Shown here piece by piece: positions 63,751 to 64,000 of a stretch of 64,000 nucleotides of DNA. The notes under the pieces are model-generated. The model searched no databases. It was not told where the DNA came from and was given only the letters and a program-made list of their open reading frames with translations. How positions within the stretch are numbered: the stretch's first letter is position 1; every line of letters begins with the position of its first letter. Both the position numbers and the translations under genes were made by a program. Source of the DNA: Bugula neritina (Eukaryota > Animalia > Bryozoa); contig OZ037768.1 in the NCBI GenBank assembly GCA_964035545.1, forward strand, positions 15,137,675-15,201,674, in the 5' to 3' direction.

Positions 63751-64000
63751 ACATACTGAAATACACTGTAACATACTGAAATACACTGCAACATACTGAA
63801 ATATACTGCATGATACTGCAACATACTGATACACATTGTAAGATACTGAAATGCACTGCAACATACTGAAACATACTGCATGATACTGCAACATATTCAT
63901 ACACATTGTAAGATACTGAAAAACACTGCAACATACCGCGACATACTGCAACGTATTGAAATACACTGTAACATATTGAAAAACACTGCAACACATTGAA

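Larger units (their letters stand above)
1..64000 (+). repeat. Satellite DNA array with a degenerate 10-bp monomer (TACTGCAACA/TACTGAAATA/CACTGYAACA), 20-bp dimer substructure and higher-order organisation; extends beyond both window edges
   Basis: The ACTG core recurs every 10 bp on essentially every line. The register is broken only by a few recurrent 1-3 bp indels. There is no unique sequence and no change of orientation. The + strand is A-rich and G-poor (about one G per monomer). Confidence 0.99.

Noticed and set aside
186-63996. Hundreds of minus-strand ORFs of 60-299 aa
   Set aside because: They overlap in all three frames with the same low-complexity peptide. They result from a stop-free 10-bp repeat, and recurrent indels of 1-2 bp and of 10 bp ignore codon phase. 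No recognisable domain is present.
1-64000. Telomeric repeat array
   Set aside because: There is no G-tract strand. The monomers are heterogeneous with inherited higher-order variant patterns, unlike telomerase-templated repeats. A subtelomeric location is not excluded.
1-64000. Pure sequencing or assembly artefact, or synthetic sequence
   Set aside because: Nested, lineage-consistent variants and small private differences between duplicate blocks fit real satellite evolution. Individual near-identical duplications still need read-level validation.
1-64000. Assignment to a named satellite family or organism
   Set aside because: I do not reliably recognise this monomer as a named family. A Dfam, Repbase or nt search is required.

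Overview
The whole 64-kb window is one uninterrupted, single-orientation, AT-rich tandem satellite array, most likely from eukaryotic heterochromatin (centromeric, pericentromeric or subtelomeric; the organism cannot be determined from the sequence). It contains no supportable genes, RNA genes, mobile elements or CRISPR array. The basic unit is a degenerate 10-mer (TACTGCAACA / TACTGAAATA / CACTGTAACA, consensus about YACTGHAAYA), usually alternating as a 20-bp dimer, with roughly 6,400 monomers. The array has several nested levels: (1) 70-140 bp local duplications; (2) diagnostic modules of a few hundred bp, often bounded by a TACCGAAATATATGGTAACC hub and reused in different orders; (3) an older ~1.4-1.85 kb period marked by an 8-bp short monomer; (4) recent multi-kb duplications at offsets 2510, 2677, 3285, 4450-4460, 6038, 9060-9140 and ~10.7 kb; (5) two interleaved variant subfamilies, one of which recurs at a 54,242-bp offset. 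All minus-strand ORFs in the track are artefacts of the repeat. The most unusual signals are the non-tandem, combinatorial reuse of modules and the tendency of fixed variants to create short dyad symmetries or reverse-complement copies of the monomer. I found no evidence of a protein-coding system. Coordinates and offsets were read by eye and from matching ORF-track entries, so block boundaries are approximate.
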